A stretch of DNA of 64,000 nt, taken from the NCBI GenBank assembly GCA_047495785.1, contig JBLDXI010000017.1, forward strand, positions 1,116,001-1,180,000. Reading direction: 5' to 3'. Below, in pieces: positions 1 through 14,400 of the stretch. The translations under genes and the position numbers were made by a program. The stretch comes from Lepidodermella squamata (lineage: Eukaryota; Animalia; Gastrotricha). Position 1 is the stretch's first letter; every line of letters begins with the position of its first letter. The notes under the pieces were generated by a model that saw only the letters and a list, made by a program, of their open reading frames with translations, ran no database searches and had not been told where the DNA came from.

Positions 1-3000
1 GCTTTTACCGTCAGACTATCAGACGCTGCTTTAGCCGCGTTTTCGACAGTTGGGACTTTCTTAACGTCGAATATTGAATGTTACTGTTATCACTCTGTTC
101 AGCGGGAACATACCTTGGTTCAGCAAGAGGTTGTTATGCCGCCGTGGTGTTTGTTACTCAACGTCACAGCTAGCACTTATCCGTTAAATGCCGAAAGAGC
201 TGTTCCGATGGTGCTTACCTTCAACCCTTTAGACGCAATTTTCTTCCCTTCCCTCGTTATCGGCGAAACGGCGTATCGAACGCTGCTAATTTCCAACAAA
301 CTCGACCTACCCGCGTTGATAAATATCGAAAAGCCAACAGATGAGAGCTTCGAGGTCAAACCTAGCATTGCGGTAGTTAAACCGGGCTCCCACGTCGTAG
401 CAACCGTTCGATTCCGGCCTAATGACGCGCAAATTCTTCAGCAACAACTGAAAGTTAACGTTAACGAAGTGGCAAAAAATACGAAAGAACTAACGCTTTA
501 CGGAGCTGCCGAACCGCCAGATGTTGTTTTCGATGAAGGTGATCTGGTTTTCATTGCACCGACTTGCATTAACTCAGAGTCATACCTGCCTTACACGATA
601 AGAAACGCGAGTAGACAACGAGTTGAGTATCAATGGCACGTTCCAGTTCAATATCGCGATGTTCTAACAGTCAGGCCAACTATTGGCTGCCTGGATATTC
701 GCGGATTTCAAACTTGCAAATTCATCTACACCCCAAAGGTAGGTCAAATAATGATCAAATATGAAGGGATTTTTGTGATTCATTTTTCGATTTTCAGAGT
801 GAATCCAGACAAATGATGAAAATTAATTTGGCTACCAGAGTCATTCCGTCGACAGTAATAAACCCGGATAACGTCCCGACTCGCGATTTTCGAGTTCGAA
901 TCGTTGCTGAAGGTTGTGTTGGCAGTCTAATGGCCCGTCAAACTCTTCACAACTACGGATCGTTGCGAGTTGGCCGATCTCAACGCGTTCAAGATTTCGT
1001 GGTAACAAACACCAGCGACTGCCCAGTCCACGTTCGTTTGGTCTACCAGCAACGCATCGAGCCACTGGAGGAAGACGAACAAATCTACGAGGTGACGTCG
1101 TCTTCATCGACCCGAAACATCATCACCATGGATCCGGATGAATTCACGGTCAACCCGCATTGCGATCAAACAATTGTTGTTCATATTAGGCCGAAGCAGA
1201 GATGCCGCTATCATTTTAAGGTGGCCTACGTGCTGCTGGATAACTACGGCGATCCGCTACCTCCGATCGAGTCTGAAAAGTCTCTACCACCCGAGAAGCC
1301 GTTGGCAAACCTCGTAGCCGAGGGAATTTACCCTCAAATCTTTGTAAGCGACGTTCAAGCCTCGGGCAGTGCTCGGCTTGTAACAAAACGTCACCTTTGG
1401 CAATTGTTATCCCTGGACGATTTGAACGTATGCCTGAGTTCGGACCCTCACGAAGCAGAACTGGGCAAAAGCCGAGCGAATTTCTTGCGAAATTCTGCCC
1501 GAAGGCGTTTAGAGACGAATACGCCAGATTTTGACGGAAATGATCAGATTGTAGATTACAAACCAAGATCTTACATTCAATTCGACATGGGGGCGATGCC
1601 GTTGAACACAGACCCATGGAAGGTGCATCTTACGATTCAAAACAGCGGGCCGTTAGACGCCGAGTGGCAATTTTTATTCCCGACTGATTTACTCGTCGAC
1701 ATCCAACCATGGGCTGAAAATCTTGATTTCGACGAAGAAGAGCTGCATGAAATGATGATAGTTGATAACAAGCTATTCGATATCACCCCGAGAAAGGGCA
1801 CGCTGCCAGCGAATGGCGGCCAGCAAATGATTACCGTCACTTTTCGGCATCAATTTATCGGAACTTCTCGCCTACCTGTCCTCCTTAAAGTTAACGATGG
1901 CCGCGAGGTTCTTCTAACGTTGACCGGAGCTTCAGTTGCGGATGATACGCCCTATCTTTACCTGCCTAAAACCAGGTTTTGCCTAGCCCCTGTCGCGATT
2001 GGCGACCCGTCCCCGCCCGTTCAACCGCTTGAATTGTTCAACGGAGGCCGGTTGCCAGTTAATTTTGCGTTCGATTTAACTGCAGTTTCCGCCCTAACCG
2101 AAGCAAGTTACGGCCATCAAATTTTCACGTGTTTAACGCCGACAGGGAAAATCGCACCCGGCCGTGTTTTCGAAGCTCAATTCAAATTTTCGCCACTTGA
2201 AGCAAGGACTTACGTCGTCGATATCCCCCTTCGAATCGAACATGGCGATATGAATATGTTGACCGTAGTCGGGCTGGGTTATGATCGCCGCGAATTAGTC
2301 GATACCGCTCCCGATTTTCCGGAACCAGGTCTAGCCAACCCGCCGCCGGTACAAGCGATTGAGCTACCGAATCAACCAGCTAGATTGTCTTTAGATCGAC
2401 TCCAACTCGGCAATGTCCCACTTTTCGTCCGAGTGTCTCGCGCAATTCTGCTGCATAACCTTCGTTTAGACAGCGATTTAGCATTTGAATGGCGAGTAAC
2501 CGATCCGAAATTCGTTCATATGGTCGATGTAGAACCAGCCAGTGGGGTGTTACAACCTGGGCAAACGAATGTTTGTCAAGTAACGTTCACCGCAACTCCA
2601 CCGGCTGCGTTTCATGAGGTGGTTTTAGTGTGTCTACTAAGCCCTCATGCCGATGTCAATGCCTACCACGAAAAACTAGCGGCCTGGGAGTCGGAACGTG
2701 AGGCTCAGTTGGTTAACCTAGGGCTTGATAACGACAGGCTAACTGCGACCCCGCGGCCTGAAATGGTTGAGCTGAGCCCGGAAAAGGCGATGGAGGTCGC
2801 TTTACTACCCCGTTTTGGTCGGCTATGCGAGGTTGTGAAGTCAGAGGGCATTCGACAGGGCAAGGGTGAGCCGAAGAAGGACCCGCGAGGCCAGGCGCCT
2901 GAGACCAGTTTCCATACGATAACAATACCGCCGCTACTTCACGGCGAAAATGAGGATATCTATTTCGCTGAGCGTTACCTAGAACGCGCGACTGCTGCTG

Positions 3001-4269
3001 GGAAGTTGTACCCGAAACCTCAGCCGCCGCCTCAAACTGTATTGCAACTAGCTGTGACTGCGAGAACGCACGACCCTGGCGAGTTTACGCAGGCGTTTGG
3101 CGTTGGGGCGAAGCAGCGGTTTGTTGCGGATTTGACGCTTGTTAAAGACTACTCGCAGGAGGGCACAAGTTTGGTTGAGACTAACGAACAGGGAAAGATC
3201 AAATGCGACGAAACTGAAGTCACAGTGCTGACTGATGCGCTTGGTTATCTGCTAATGAAAACGCTTAAGGAGGCTGATATGAAGGTGAGAAAATCCATTA
3301 TTTCAAATTTAGATAAAGACCCTTGGCTTCGTTATTTTTGCTAACTGACGCCCTCAGGCACGTATAACATTTTTAAAGGTGGTTTAAAAGACTGCTTACA
3401 TCGAAAAATCACTTATTTGTAAAATCGATTACCAAGTAATAAAATATTTACCCGAGTAAGCCAGGAAAAACCCGATGGTAACTAATTCGGTATTTTTCGG
3501 TATTTTACCCGGTTGGACCCAATTTCTCTTTATTTATTTTTAAATTTTGATGAGTGGTATACCTGGTTACTATTGCAATGAAATTTCATTTTTTCATTAT
3601 TTGAATATTTGAATATTTGAATATTTCTAAGATACGTCTCTCCATGTTCCGTATTTTGGAGTTTCTGAACCCTTTTCCGTGTATTTTCTTAGTTTGCGTT
3701 TCTTATTGGACACGCTGTATAACTCTAAATTGACCATAGTTAGTGCAAAAAATGCAAAATAGCAGTCAGATCTTGTGATTAGGCATGATAATAAAGAAAC
3801 TGGAATTTTGGATGAAAAGAATCTCGCAAAAATCTTTGGGAAAATTTCGAGTTAGACCTTAAAATTCGGTGATGGAATACTGAAAATTATCCTTATTTCA
3901 ATGACTAAATAATCGTTTTTTGCCTCATTGCAGGATATTTTCAAAGCTGCTGTCAACGAATCTGTGCCAAATTATCTCGAGATGTTAGGCGTACCAGCGC
4001 CTGATTCTGACCGGGCCATTGCGAGCCCCGGCGCCTATGCGCTATCACCCCCTCCCACCCCGGTCTCAGCTGCCGGAAAGCGGAAACAGACCGAGGCGCC
4101 CGAAACCGGGGTCATTCTTGACGGCTATATGTCCTCAATTTTATGCTCTTTGGTCGACGATGCAGTGGCGAGGCGCTTCGACATCACCCACCGGCCGCGA
4201 TTAAAGGCAGTACCTTCCACGCCAGCTGCGAAACGGGACCACAAGAAAAATTCGGACGCTAAAAACTGA
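1..4269 (+). CDS. CFAP65: Cilia- and flagella-associated protein 65 (3' part; 5' end outside window)
   Basis: Tandem ASH/MSP-like Ig beta-sandwich repeats and a CFAP65-like segment (WQFLFPTDLLVDIQPWAE...ELHEMMIVDNKLFDITP..G...HQFIGTSRLPVLLKVNDGREVLL). Exons about 103-738, 798-3284 and 3934-4269 join in frame via GT-AG introns. Confidence 0.85.
3653..3717 (-). mobile_element. Tc1/mariner-type terminal inverted repeat fragment
   Basis: Reverse complement reads TA|CAGCGTGTCCAATAAGAAACGCAAACTAAGAAAATACACGGAAAAGGGTTCAGAAACTCCAAAAT. It is homologous to 57385-57447 and has a TA-flanked CAG.GTGTCC terminus. Confidence 0.6.
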
Positions 4270-4568
4270 AATAATTAATTGTTTTGCCAACTGTGATAAT
4301 AATTGAAATAAAAACTACTCAATAGGTTTCAACAAGATAATTTTTGTTTATTTCAATTATCAATTGATAAATGGACAATAACGACCAGGTAGCATGCAAC
4401 GCGGGGGCGGATAAAATGTAGGAGCGGGTATTATAACCGAAAGAAATGAAATTATATAACACCGAGATGTTGCGACTTTAATTGAAGATTATTACAATAA
4501 GAATTTAGAAAACGCTATGCTACAGCTATAACAACTGCATTTTCTTCGATATAGGTACAACGGTAGCC

Positions 4569-7500
4569 TTAATCGTCCGAATGAGCCGGCGGTTTCGGGC
4601 ACAGCGCGCGTCGGCCGTATTGAGAGCTGGATTTGGCAGGCGGAACCTCCATCGTTGCTACCCTTGTCAGCTGGGGTAAGATTTCGACTGGGAGATTTTC
4701 AACGCTGTTGCTTTTGAGCAGAGCCGGAGGAACGGCGGGCAGGTTTAGGTCAGGCACTTTAGCGTTTCTCAAAATTTCGGCATCATCTGAAATAGAAAAA
4801 TCATTAAAATAATGGTAAAAATAAATTCCCCATTGAAATTTCAACTTTTTTCAAAATAGCCTGTTGAAAAAATGATTTAAGAAATTACCGTTTTCTAACG
4901 CTTCAGCAGTGGCGATTAGTTCACTTGGCGGTTTGAAAGTCGACAGAAGACGCTCATTTGGTGGCACAATAATCGGGTCGCGATCGATTGACCAGCTCTG
5001 AGGCTTAGGCGTTGTTCCACTCGGTTGATATACCCGTAAATTATTCGTCAAAAATCTGAGAAAAGTCGAGATAAACCATTGATGATTCATGAAATGGATA
5101 ACTTACTCAGTTGGTAGCATGGAAACTTGATCGACGTCCTCTTCGATCTTTTCCAGAGATTCTTGAACGGCTTGTTTGCCCTCTTTCAGGTTAGAACCGA
5201 TGAAATTCGATAGGGAAGCAAGATTTTCACGAGTATCTTCTGATGTTGATTCTCCAGTTGCACCAACATTTTCAACAGTTTCGAAATGATTCTGAAATCG
5301 GAAAAATAAATAAAGAAATTAAATAATAATCTAAAATTTACCTTCGTTGATTTGAGCTCATCAGATAACAAAACTTCAAGCTCTTTAGCCCGAGCTCGAG
5401 ATGAGGCCATTTTCTCGTCAATTTCAGCCGAGCCTTTCTCCTCAATCGACTTCGCCCGATTTTCAGCGTGGTCATGCGCTTCCGAGTTGATTTCGTACAG
5501 CTTGGTATAAAACGAATCAACCAGCTGCGAAACAACCTTCGAAGCTTGGTCCTTATTGGCTTGGGCAATCGTCACAGTTTCTTCGTGGTAAGAACTCGCT
5601 TTCGACTTCAAATCATCCTGGTTCTTCTTCAAAGTACTGCACATATTTTGCAAATCTACAAGAGATGAAGTCAAAGTTTTGATGGCTTCGTCCATTTTCT
5701 GGGCCTTTTCGTTGATCAAATCCATTTGCCGCTTAGATTCGTCGACAGTTGACTCGACATCAACCTTAAAGGCCTCAGAAACCGCGATTGTTTTCTTCTC
5801 GCCACCTGTGAAAGTTGAATAGGCAGCATCGCGTTTCGTTTCGGCTTCTTCGCGACTTTCACGGCATAACAAGTCGATTTTTCCGACAAATCCGACGTAT
5901 TCTTCGCGAGATGAGCTCAACATGGCTTGAAATCGCTCAGCAACTCCGGCCATAAATTGATCGGTTTCGTCGCCGAATTTCAATTTCTCCGTTAACGCGT
6001 CACCCCATTTCTTAAGGTGGTCCATTTCAGTGATCACGGTCTTGAAATAACCGCCTAATAAGCCTAATTTATCGCAATTCTCATCGAAAGCCGACACAAC
6101 TTTGGCAGATAATTCGTCCATTTTACCGCCGTGTTTCGCCGTTGTATCTTCAATCTTAATCCGAGTTTCACGAGTAACGTCAGTGATTTTATTGGACACC
6201 TCTTTGAAGCCTTTCTCGTTATCAGCCTCGATTTTCGATCGAACTTCAAGTCGGTTGTGAAGGGTTGATAACTGAGAGATGGTTTCGTCAGCTAACGAGG
6301 CCGTTTTCGCTAGTTTTGAAATGTTAACCTCCTCGGCTGATCGAAGTTCGGAGGTAACATATTCGAGCCCAGCAGCTTTGGTGCCCTGTTCGAAGATAGC
6401 TCGGCGCCTGTCCTCGAGGCGCTTACTCAGCTCTCGGAAGGATTCGTGCAAATCGTGAATTCGCAACTTCATCACGTCGCAATCGCTCTTGCTATCTTGG
6501 TACAACGTCTGAAATTGTTGCACGTCGATTTCAAGCGCTTGAATTTTCTCCTTCCGAGCGTCCAACATGTCTTGCATGTTTTGGTAGGTTTCTTTTGACA
6601 GAGTAACGCCGACCTTAGCCCAAGTCGCTTCCAAATCACGCTTCGCCCGTTCCAACTCGGCGTAAACCTCTTTGACGTGTACATCTTTCGAGACACGCTG
6701 GTTAATTTCAGGTTTGTTGAGGATATTTTTGGCTTTGAACGCGTAGTCCAATGTGGAAAGCGTCTCATCCAGGCAGTTGAGAGCAGGCGATAATGTCGCG
6801 ATGATGGTTGTTTTATTCCGACCACCCAAACTGTCTTGCAATAGACGGGTCAATTTCGAATCACGGTAAGGGATGTGCGGTTTTCGCTCGACCAGCGCGG
6901 TGATAACTCGGCCAAGGGTCAAAAGTGACTTGTTAATATTTCCAGCCTCTTGTGCGCGGCCGTCTTGTGCTCCGGAACGCGAAATGTTCTCAGAACCAGC
7001 CAAATCGACCAGGTACAGCTTGCCGGTTTTGACGACCTCTGAAACGACAAAGAATACAATCAATTTATAGCTTTTCAACGACTGTAGGGAAAGAGAAAAT
7101 ATAGTATGCATGACAGGCGTTATCATAGGACTGTTATGTAATCGGCGACGCAAAAAAAAACAACCTGTCACATTCCCTTTCCGTTTTTGTTTAACATTGC
7201 CATGACAAACAAGCTATAGACCAATATAAATGAGAAAAATCGAGCAAAGCTACCTTCTCCGATGTCAGACTTTTGCTGCATGACCAGAGTGACCATGAAA
7301 ACAGCGTGAGAGCGTGATGATCGTTCGTTCATCTTGGTCTCGGCAGTTCGGCGCTTGTACGAACCTTTCTGCAGCAGATCGAATACTTCCTCTTTTGTTC
7401 TAACAATATGCTCCGACAAGTTTTGGACCGTAGATGACCCAGACTGAAATTCATATAGATGAAAAATATCTCAAAAATATCCAAGTAAAACTTACTGTAT

Positions 7501-8050
7501 TTGCACAGATTTTGAGGGTGGGTTCCGCTGGACCGTCTCTGGCACTCAGCAAATCCATGAGAATCTCGTTGTATATTTCAAGGTATGATACGCGAATGCT
7601 ATAATCGGTGCTTTTCAGGCGATCATAGAAATACGCGACTGTGCGAGGAATTATACCGGCAACTGGGTCGTCTTCCCATCCCAGAGCTCGATCTTCGCTG
7701 CGATCACCTTCCATCGTATAAGTTTTACCAGTACCTGTCTGGCCGTAGGCAAATATCGTGCAGCTATAACCTTTCAAGACTTCGTCGAGCGTCGGAGTAA
7801 CAACGGTGTTGAAAACGGTTTTCTGAGTAGCTCCAGGACCGAAAACCGTATCAAAGCTATATTTCTTGCTCTGATATCGATCGTTAACCAAGACTTCGCC
7901 GTAAGAATCAACACATTCAATAACAAGTTGGTCACCTCGTCGAATAATTTCACGAGAGTTAGCTGGCCTCATGCGGACCGCAACTTTGATTCTGTCTTGT
8001 TCTTGCTGCGGTTTAGCATTGCTAGGAGTGCTCGGTAGATTGGTTGACAT
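4569..8050 (-). CDS. KIF11: Kinesin-5 (Eg5/BimC family), multi-exon
   Basis: Motor motifs [25 protein letters not shown] and [15 protein letters not shown]...[16 protein letters not shown], then a coiled coil and a BimC box (YQPSGTTPK). ATG at 8050. Confidence 0.95.
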
Positions 8051-8348
8051 TTGCAAGTGAAATAAAACGATGATCTAGATGGAAGATGGTTGCAATTAAT
8101 GGGAGTCGCAATACAAGGGAGTCAAGGGTCAAGGCAAGTTAAATGTTAAGTGCGAAAACAGTCGGATGTCGGATGTGATACCCGAGTCGGATTCAGAAAA
8201 GTGTTTGCTACTTGCTACTCTGTTTGGCTAAGAAACTATTTGCTTGGGATGCCTCGGCCAACAACCAACAACAAACAACAAACAACCAACAGCCTACGTC
8301 GCTCCTTACCAGACCGTCGAAGTACGTGAAAAAATGAGGAAATCATAT

Positions 8349-8373
8349 TTTGAAAATCGGCGCGAGTTTCAAA
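8349..8373. promoter_or_regulatory. CHR/E2F-like palindromic element in the divergent KIF11/KDM1A promoter
   Basis: TTTGAA-aatc-GGCGCG-agt-TTCAAA: a CHR hexamer on both strands flanking an E2F/CDE-like core, upstream of a mitotic kinesin. Confidence 0.4.
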
Positions 8374-8836
8374 ATTCGGCCTTCAATACCAATTTTTAAT
8401 TTGTCGTTTGAAATGAATTTAATTCGCATTATAAGACAAAAATTTATCCGTATGGCTAAAGATTGGGCATAATTTACATTTTAATTTCTGATAAGGTCGA
8501 CTGTCACTCGAAGTGGCGGGGACAAAACAGAGGCGACCTTGGCTTGTTGCCCTGGTTCACCGAATGAACCGAGCTGCTTAGAATACTGTTAACAGCTTCG
8601 GAAACCATCCCCCACTAAATGCTGTGGTTTCTAAAGTGTTTGTTTAGAGCTGAGGGTATTTTAATTCGTTTTAAAATGATTTCATGCGTAGTAATTGAGC
8701 TTCACGATCAGCTGATGCCGAGATACAGCATGTTATACAACATATCTTGTGCTTTATTAGATTGCCGTGGATCGATATTTGTCTTTAACTTTCGTCGTGG
8801 TCTTGATTCATGCAGTTTTGAATACTTCAATCGATT

Positions 8837-11311
8837 ATGGAACGTAAGCGCCCGAGTAACAAACTTATGGGCGAAACTAGTTTTGATGTCTCGGAGAAGA
8901 AACCTTCGCGTAAAGGTGGGAAGAAGAACTCGTCCCGACGTGGTGGCCGTCGAGCTAATAGATCTAGTGGAGATGATGCATCATCAAATTCTAACGGATC
9001 GACTGATGTGATACCTCCTGCTGGCGGAAGACGAGGGAGTTTCACTGAGAAGGGCGAAAAGAGCGAACATCGGGGGTCTATTGGCATCCGTAGTCCGGAA
9101 AAACAAGTTATCAAAGACAAGGAGAAAGAGAAAGAACTCGCAAAATCAGCCAAAGAAAGCGCGGAGCATGTCGTCGAGCCCTCTGATGTTGCGGGTCTAG
9201 AAAGCGCTTCATTTCTTAGTCGCCTTGCCTACGATAAGATGACACCGTTAGAAATCGAGTTTTTCCCAGACCTTCAGGCTCCGCTTGCCGCTTTGAAGTC
9301 CTATCTTTATATCCGCAACAAAATTCTCTTGTTATGGATCGAGGGAACAGGCCATCAGTTGTTGTTGGAAAGCGTTATACCCCACTTAGAGGCACCTTTT
9401 GCCCAAGACATCAACCTAATAAGGCGAATTTTCAACTTCCTCGAGCGCCAGAGCCTCATTAATTTCGGTATTTTCCGCGTCTCTCGGCCCCTCAGACCTT
9501 TGAAATCAAATCGCTCAGTTATTGTTCTGGGGGCTGGAATGGCTGGTTTGGGCGCTGCTCGCCAATTGGCTTATTTCGGATTGGACGTAACGGTTATTGA
9601 AGCTAGAGACAGAGTTGGCGGAAGAATTGAAACCTACCGCAACGGTGAGTATATTGCTGACTTGGGAGCAATGGTTATCATGGGTCTCGGTGGCAATCCG
9701 GTTAACATCCTCAGCCGACAGGTTTATATGGATCTTACCAAAGTTCGCCCTAAGTGTCCATTGTATGACCACGCCGGAAATGTTTTGCCTCGACACAAGG
9801 ACGAATTTATTGAACGCGAATGGAACAAATTGCTCGAAGCTACGGTAAGATTAATTTGCTTCTTCTAAATACTGATTACATGCTGATGTTTTTAGACGTT
9901 CTTGTCGCATCATTGCGGATTCAATTATTTCGATGGAAAACCATTGTCCCTGGGTGAAATGATGCAGCTGATTATCATGCTTCAAGAAAAGCATGTTATG
10001 GATGTCCAAGCTGTCCATCAGCAGTCATTAAGTCGTTTGTACGACCAGCTTGAATCACTTCTTCACAAAATGGTCATACTCAGAGACAACATTAAGAAGA
10101 CAAGCTCAGATTATCAGGAGCTGAAATCTCGTTGCAATGTTGAATCTACACATTCCAACTTCTCTACTTGTTTCACAAAAGACGATTTCTTGCTACGGGT
10201 CAAGCGAATTGAGCTCCAAACTAGCATGCAAGAGTACGAACAACTTGAGCAGCAAGTTTCGGAGATGGAACGTCGCATCAAAGACCTGGAAGATCGCCCA
10301 CCGCCAGATCAATACCTTTCAACTAAAGATCGTCACGTTCTCGAGTGGCATATGGCTAACCTTGAATTCGCAAATGCAATTCCTCTCGATCAGTTGTCAC
10401 TCGCTCACTGGAGTCAGGATGACGAATACGAGTTGAAAGGAGCTCATCTCATTGTTAAGAACGGCTATTCCGTCCTGCCTACAGCTATGGCTGAGGGTTT
10501 GGATATCCGTTATAATCATCGCGTCTGTCGTATAGTGTACGACGATCGAGAGCAAAAAGGCGTTCAAATCGTTTGCATGACCCCCGAAGGTGAAGTGAAG
10601 TCATTAAAGGCCGATGCTTGCCTATGCACCATCCCACTTGGTGTTCTCAAAGAATCGATTGCGGCTACCAAACAGACTTTCGATGTAAAAGGTTCATTGC
10701 CGGTTGACGACTGCGATGGGCCGCCAATTTTCTACCCGCCTCTACCTAAATGGAAAACAGATGCGGCTGAAAGATTGGGCTACGGAAATTTGAACAAGAT
10801 AATTTTGTGCTTCGAAAACGCGTTTTGGGACACTAGTATTAACATTTTCGGCCACATAGCTGGTAATACCGCACCCCGTGGTGAATGCTTCCTGTTTTGG
10901 ACTTGCTGGGGCGCCCCAGTATTGCTGGCTCTGGTTTCCGGCGAGGCAGCTGATGAGATCGAAAAGGTTTCAGACGAGGAAGCAATTTCACGTTGTATGA
11001 AAGTTCTACAAGGAATTTTCGGTGAAACTGCGGTACCTCAGCCGATTAGCTCTGTTGTAACCAGGTGGCGGGAAGATCCGTTTGCCAGAGGGTCGTATTC
11101 TCACATCGCTGTCGGTTCAACCGGGGATGATTATGACATTATGGCGGCACCGGTGGGCACGGAAGATGATTGCGAGACGAAACCCCGGCTGTTTTTTGCC
11201 GGCGAGCATACAATGCGGCAATACCCGGCCTCGGTGCACGGCGCCCTGCTAAGCGGGTATCGCGAGGCTGGTCGAATCGCTAATCTTTTACTCGATAATG
11301 ATGAGGCGTGA
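8837..11311 (+). CDS. KDM1A: Lysine-specific histone demethylase 1 (LSD1)
   Basis: SWIRM domain, FAD-binding VIVLGAGMAGL...EARDRVGGR, tower coiled coil, and C-terminal FFAGEHT...ASVHGALLSG. Single intron 9845-9895. Confidence 0.97.
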
Positions 11312-11481
11312 ATTTGTGTTTTTATAGTCATAAACTAGCTGCTTTACTATGATTCATTCCACACACTTTGCTCAGAATAACTCTTGTCCATAGACAGTAA
11401 ATATGTTTATTATAACCATTATTATTATTAAATTGTCTTTTCGTATTTTTTGCTGTAGAGTTTATATCGATTTTTTATTAA

Positions 11482-14400
11482 ATGGCGAACAGCGACTTTT
11501 TGGCCGAGAATAACATCTGCGGCCAAAATTTACTGCGAGTCGTTTCGTTCGGAAATGCCGTGATCGCTGAGCTGTTGCGCCTCGCCGATTATATCCCACC
11601 GGTTTTTCGCGGCGACCCGTCCGCGGCTGGTTTCAACAAGTACCGCGAGGTCATTTTCGACTTTGACTATTTCAGCCAAAATCGAGCCATTTACGAGAAC
11701 AAGATTTCGTCGAAGCCTGATTTGCTAGACATTGACGAGGAGTTCAAGGAAAATTTCATCGATATTTTAACGCGATTTTACGTCGCCTTCGAAAGTATTT
11801 ACAAATATGTGACTGATTTGAATCGCTACCTCGAAGAACTCGAAGAAGGAATTTACATCCAACAAACGCTGGAGACTGTTTTTCTAACCATGGAAGGCAA
11901 ACAGCTACTGGTAAGAGCTCTTTCAATATCTAAAGGATCATATTGCTTAAAGCATAATTTGAAATTTGATCCACCTTAATGAAATGTTGTTTGTCATTTT
12001 TTTCCAGTGCGAATCGCTGTATTTGTACGGCGTCATGTTGCTAATCGTTGATTCGAAAATACCTGGACCTGTCCGCGAGCGAATGCTAGTTTCTTACTAC
12101 AGATACAGCTCTCACGACGCTGCGACTGATTCGAATATCGTCGACGTTTGCAAGCTGCTTCGAAGCACTGGCTACTCGACGGAACCAGGCGCGAAACGCC
12201 CGCCTAATTACCCGGAAAATTTGTTTTCGCGAATTTTGATCAAGCAAGAATTCGTAACTATGGTCATTGGCCGGTTGAAATCCGACGACCTGTACAACGC
12301 TTCGACTTACTACCCGTACCCGGAGCACCATTCAACCGCCGTTGCTCCCCAGGCTTCAATGCTATTCGTCACTCTGTTTTTCGACCATCGCACCTTGCAA
12401 ATTGAACATGCGAAAATGCGAGAGATTGTGGATAAATTTTTCGCCGATAATTGGATTGTCAATATCTACATGGGCCTAACCGCGTCACTGGTCGACTCAT
12501 GGCAGCCGTATGAATCAGCGACGAAGGCGATGATAAATACCACGGAAACTCGAACAGTTTCTTCAGTCGTTAAACGGCACGTTGAAAAAATCAACGAAGT
12601 GCGGCCGAAATTGGACCAAGTCCTTAAAGAAGGTGTTTTACGCGATGATTACGTTTTGGATAACATTAACCAGCTGATGAATTTGATTCGGGATTGTAAC
12701 GTCTGTATTCGCTGGTTGATGCTACACACCGCGAAATTAACGCCCGGGGCTGATGTTAACAAACGTTGCATTGCCCTGCGTGAGCAGGTTCTAGCCGAGT
12801 CGAAACTACACTCATCGGCTATTCTAGTCCTGCTGCTTTCGACTGCTCAGTTGGAGTTGAGACTTCGCCAAATTCTTGAGCGGCTGCTTTCGGAAAAATT
12901 AGACCGTTGGACAGCTGGGAAGAAGGAATGTATCGATCGAATGGTTGAGCTGGCTGAGGTCTTCTCAGGCACGAAACCGTTGACTCGAGTCGAAAGAAAC
13001 GACCATTTACAGGCCTGGTTTATGGAGATGAGTCGCCATTTAGCCGGGTTGAACCACGAGGACTACATTGCGGCTGGTCGAAAAATTGCGCAAATCATCC
13101 AAGCGCTGGAAGAAGTTACCCAGTTTCACAGTTTAGAGACAAACATGCAGGTGAATCAATTTTTGGCTGAAACTCGAAAGTATTTGCATTCGATGCTGCG
13201 GACTATCAACATTAAGGACGACCATCTAACTACGCTAGATCGCTTGTCTGACATTTCGTACGCGTGGCAGTTGATTGCTGATTTTACGCCGTTGATTCAG
13301 AATGAAATCAAGCGAAATCCGCATGTTGTCAAACGCCTGCGAGCTGTTTTCATCAAGTTATCTGCCGCGATTTATCGCCCGTTGATGCGAATTGAAGAAG
13401 CTGGTAGTAAAGATTTGGAATTCGTTTCGAAATACTACAGTAACGAGCTTGTTAGGTAAATTGTAGTAGAATTTTAAGGAGGAGTTTTCAATATTTTCGA
13501 CTATTTTTGCAGCTATGTCCGAGGCGTTCTGCAAATCATCCCCGAGTCAATGTTTCAAATTATCGAACGCATCATTGTGATTCAAACGCAGAAATTGAGA
13601 GAATTGCCGACTCGGCTCGATAAGGATAAATTGCGAGAATTCGCTCAGTTGGACGAACGACATGAAATTGCCAAATTAACACACGATATTTCAACGTTTG
13701 CTGATGGCATGTTGATGATGAAGAAAACACTGATTGGTATCATTAATGTCGATCCGAAAAAGCTGCTTGAGGACGGTATTCGAAAGGAATTGGTCAAATT
13801 GGTGAGTAAATTGACTATAGTATAGCATTTATTTCGAGAATGATGGTTATTCACTTTGACCTGAAATTTGATGTTAAATTCACGCTGACTCGCTGAATTT
13901 TTATTTTTAATTTTCACGAATATTAAATTTTTTTTTAATAATTTGTAAATACGTTTTAAAGGTTTCTATCGCGTTCAACGAGTCGTTGGTTTTCAACCCG
14001 AAAGTTCGACCTTCAGAGCTTCACGCGCGTCTTCAAACTCTAGCAGTTCGAATGGATGGTTTCCAGCGTTCTTTCGAATATTTACAAGACTACGTCGGAA
14101 TTTACGGCCTGAAAATGTACCAAGAAGAGTTGTCCCGCATCATTGGCTTTAATATCGAGCTTGAATGCAACTCGTTTCTGCGGACGAAAATTCAAGAATG
14201 GCAGTCGATTTACCAGTCAAAGTCGATTCCTATCCCAGTTTTCCGGCCGATAGGTGAAGATACGCAGTCGGTAAATTTCATCGGCCGATTGGCTCGTGAG
14301 CTGATTCGAGTCACTGATCCGAAATCTTCGATTTACGTCGAGGAAATGCGAACTTGGTACGACTACAAAACGCGACTAGCTGTAGCAGAGCCGTCGCTTT

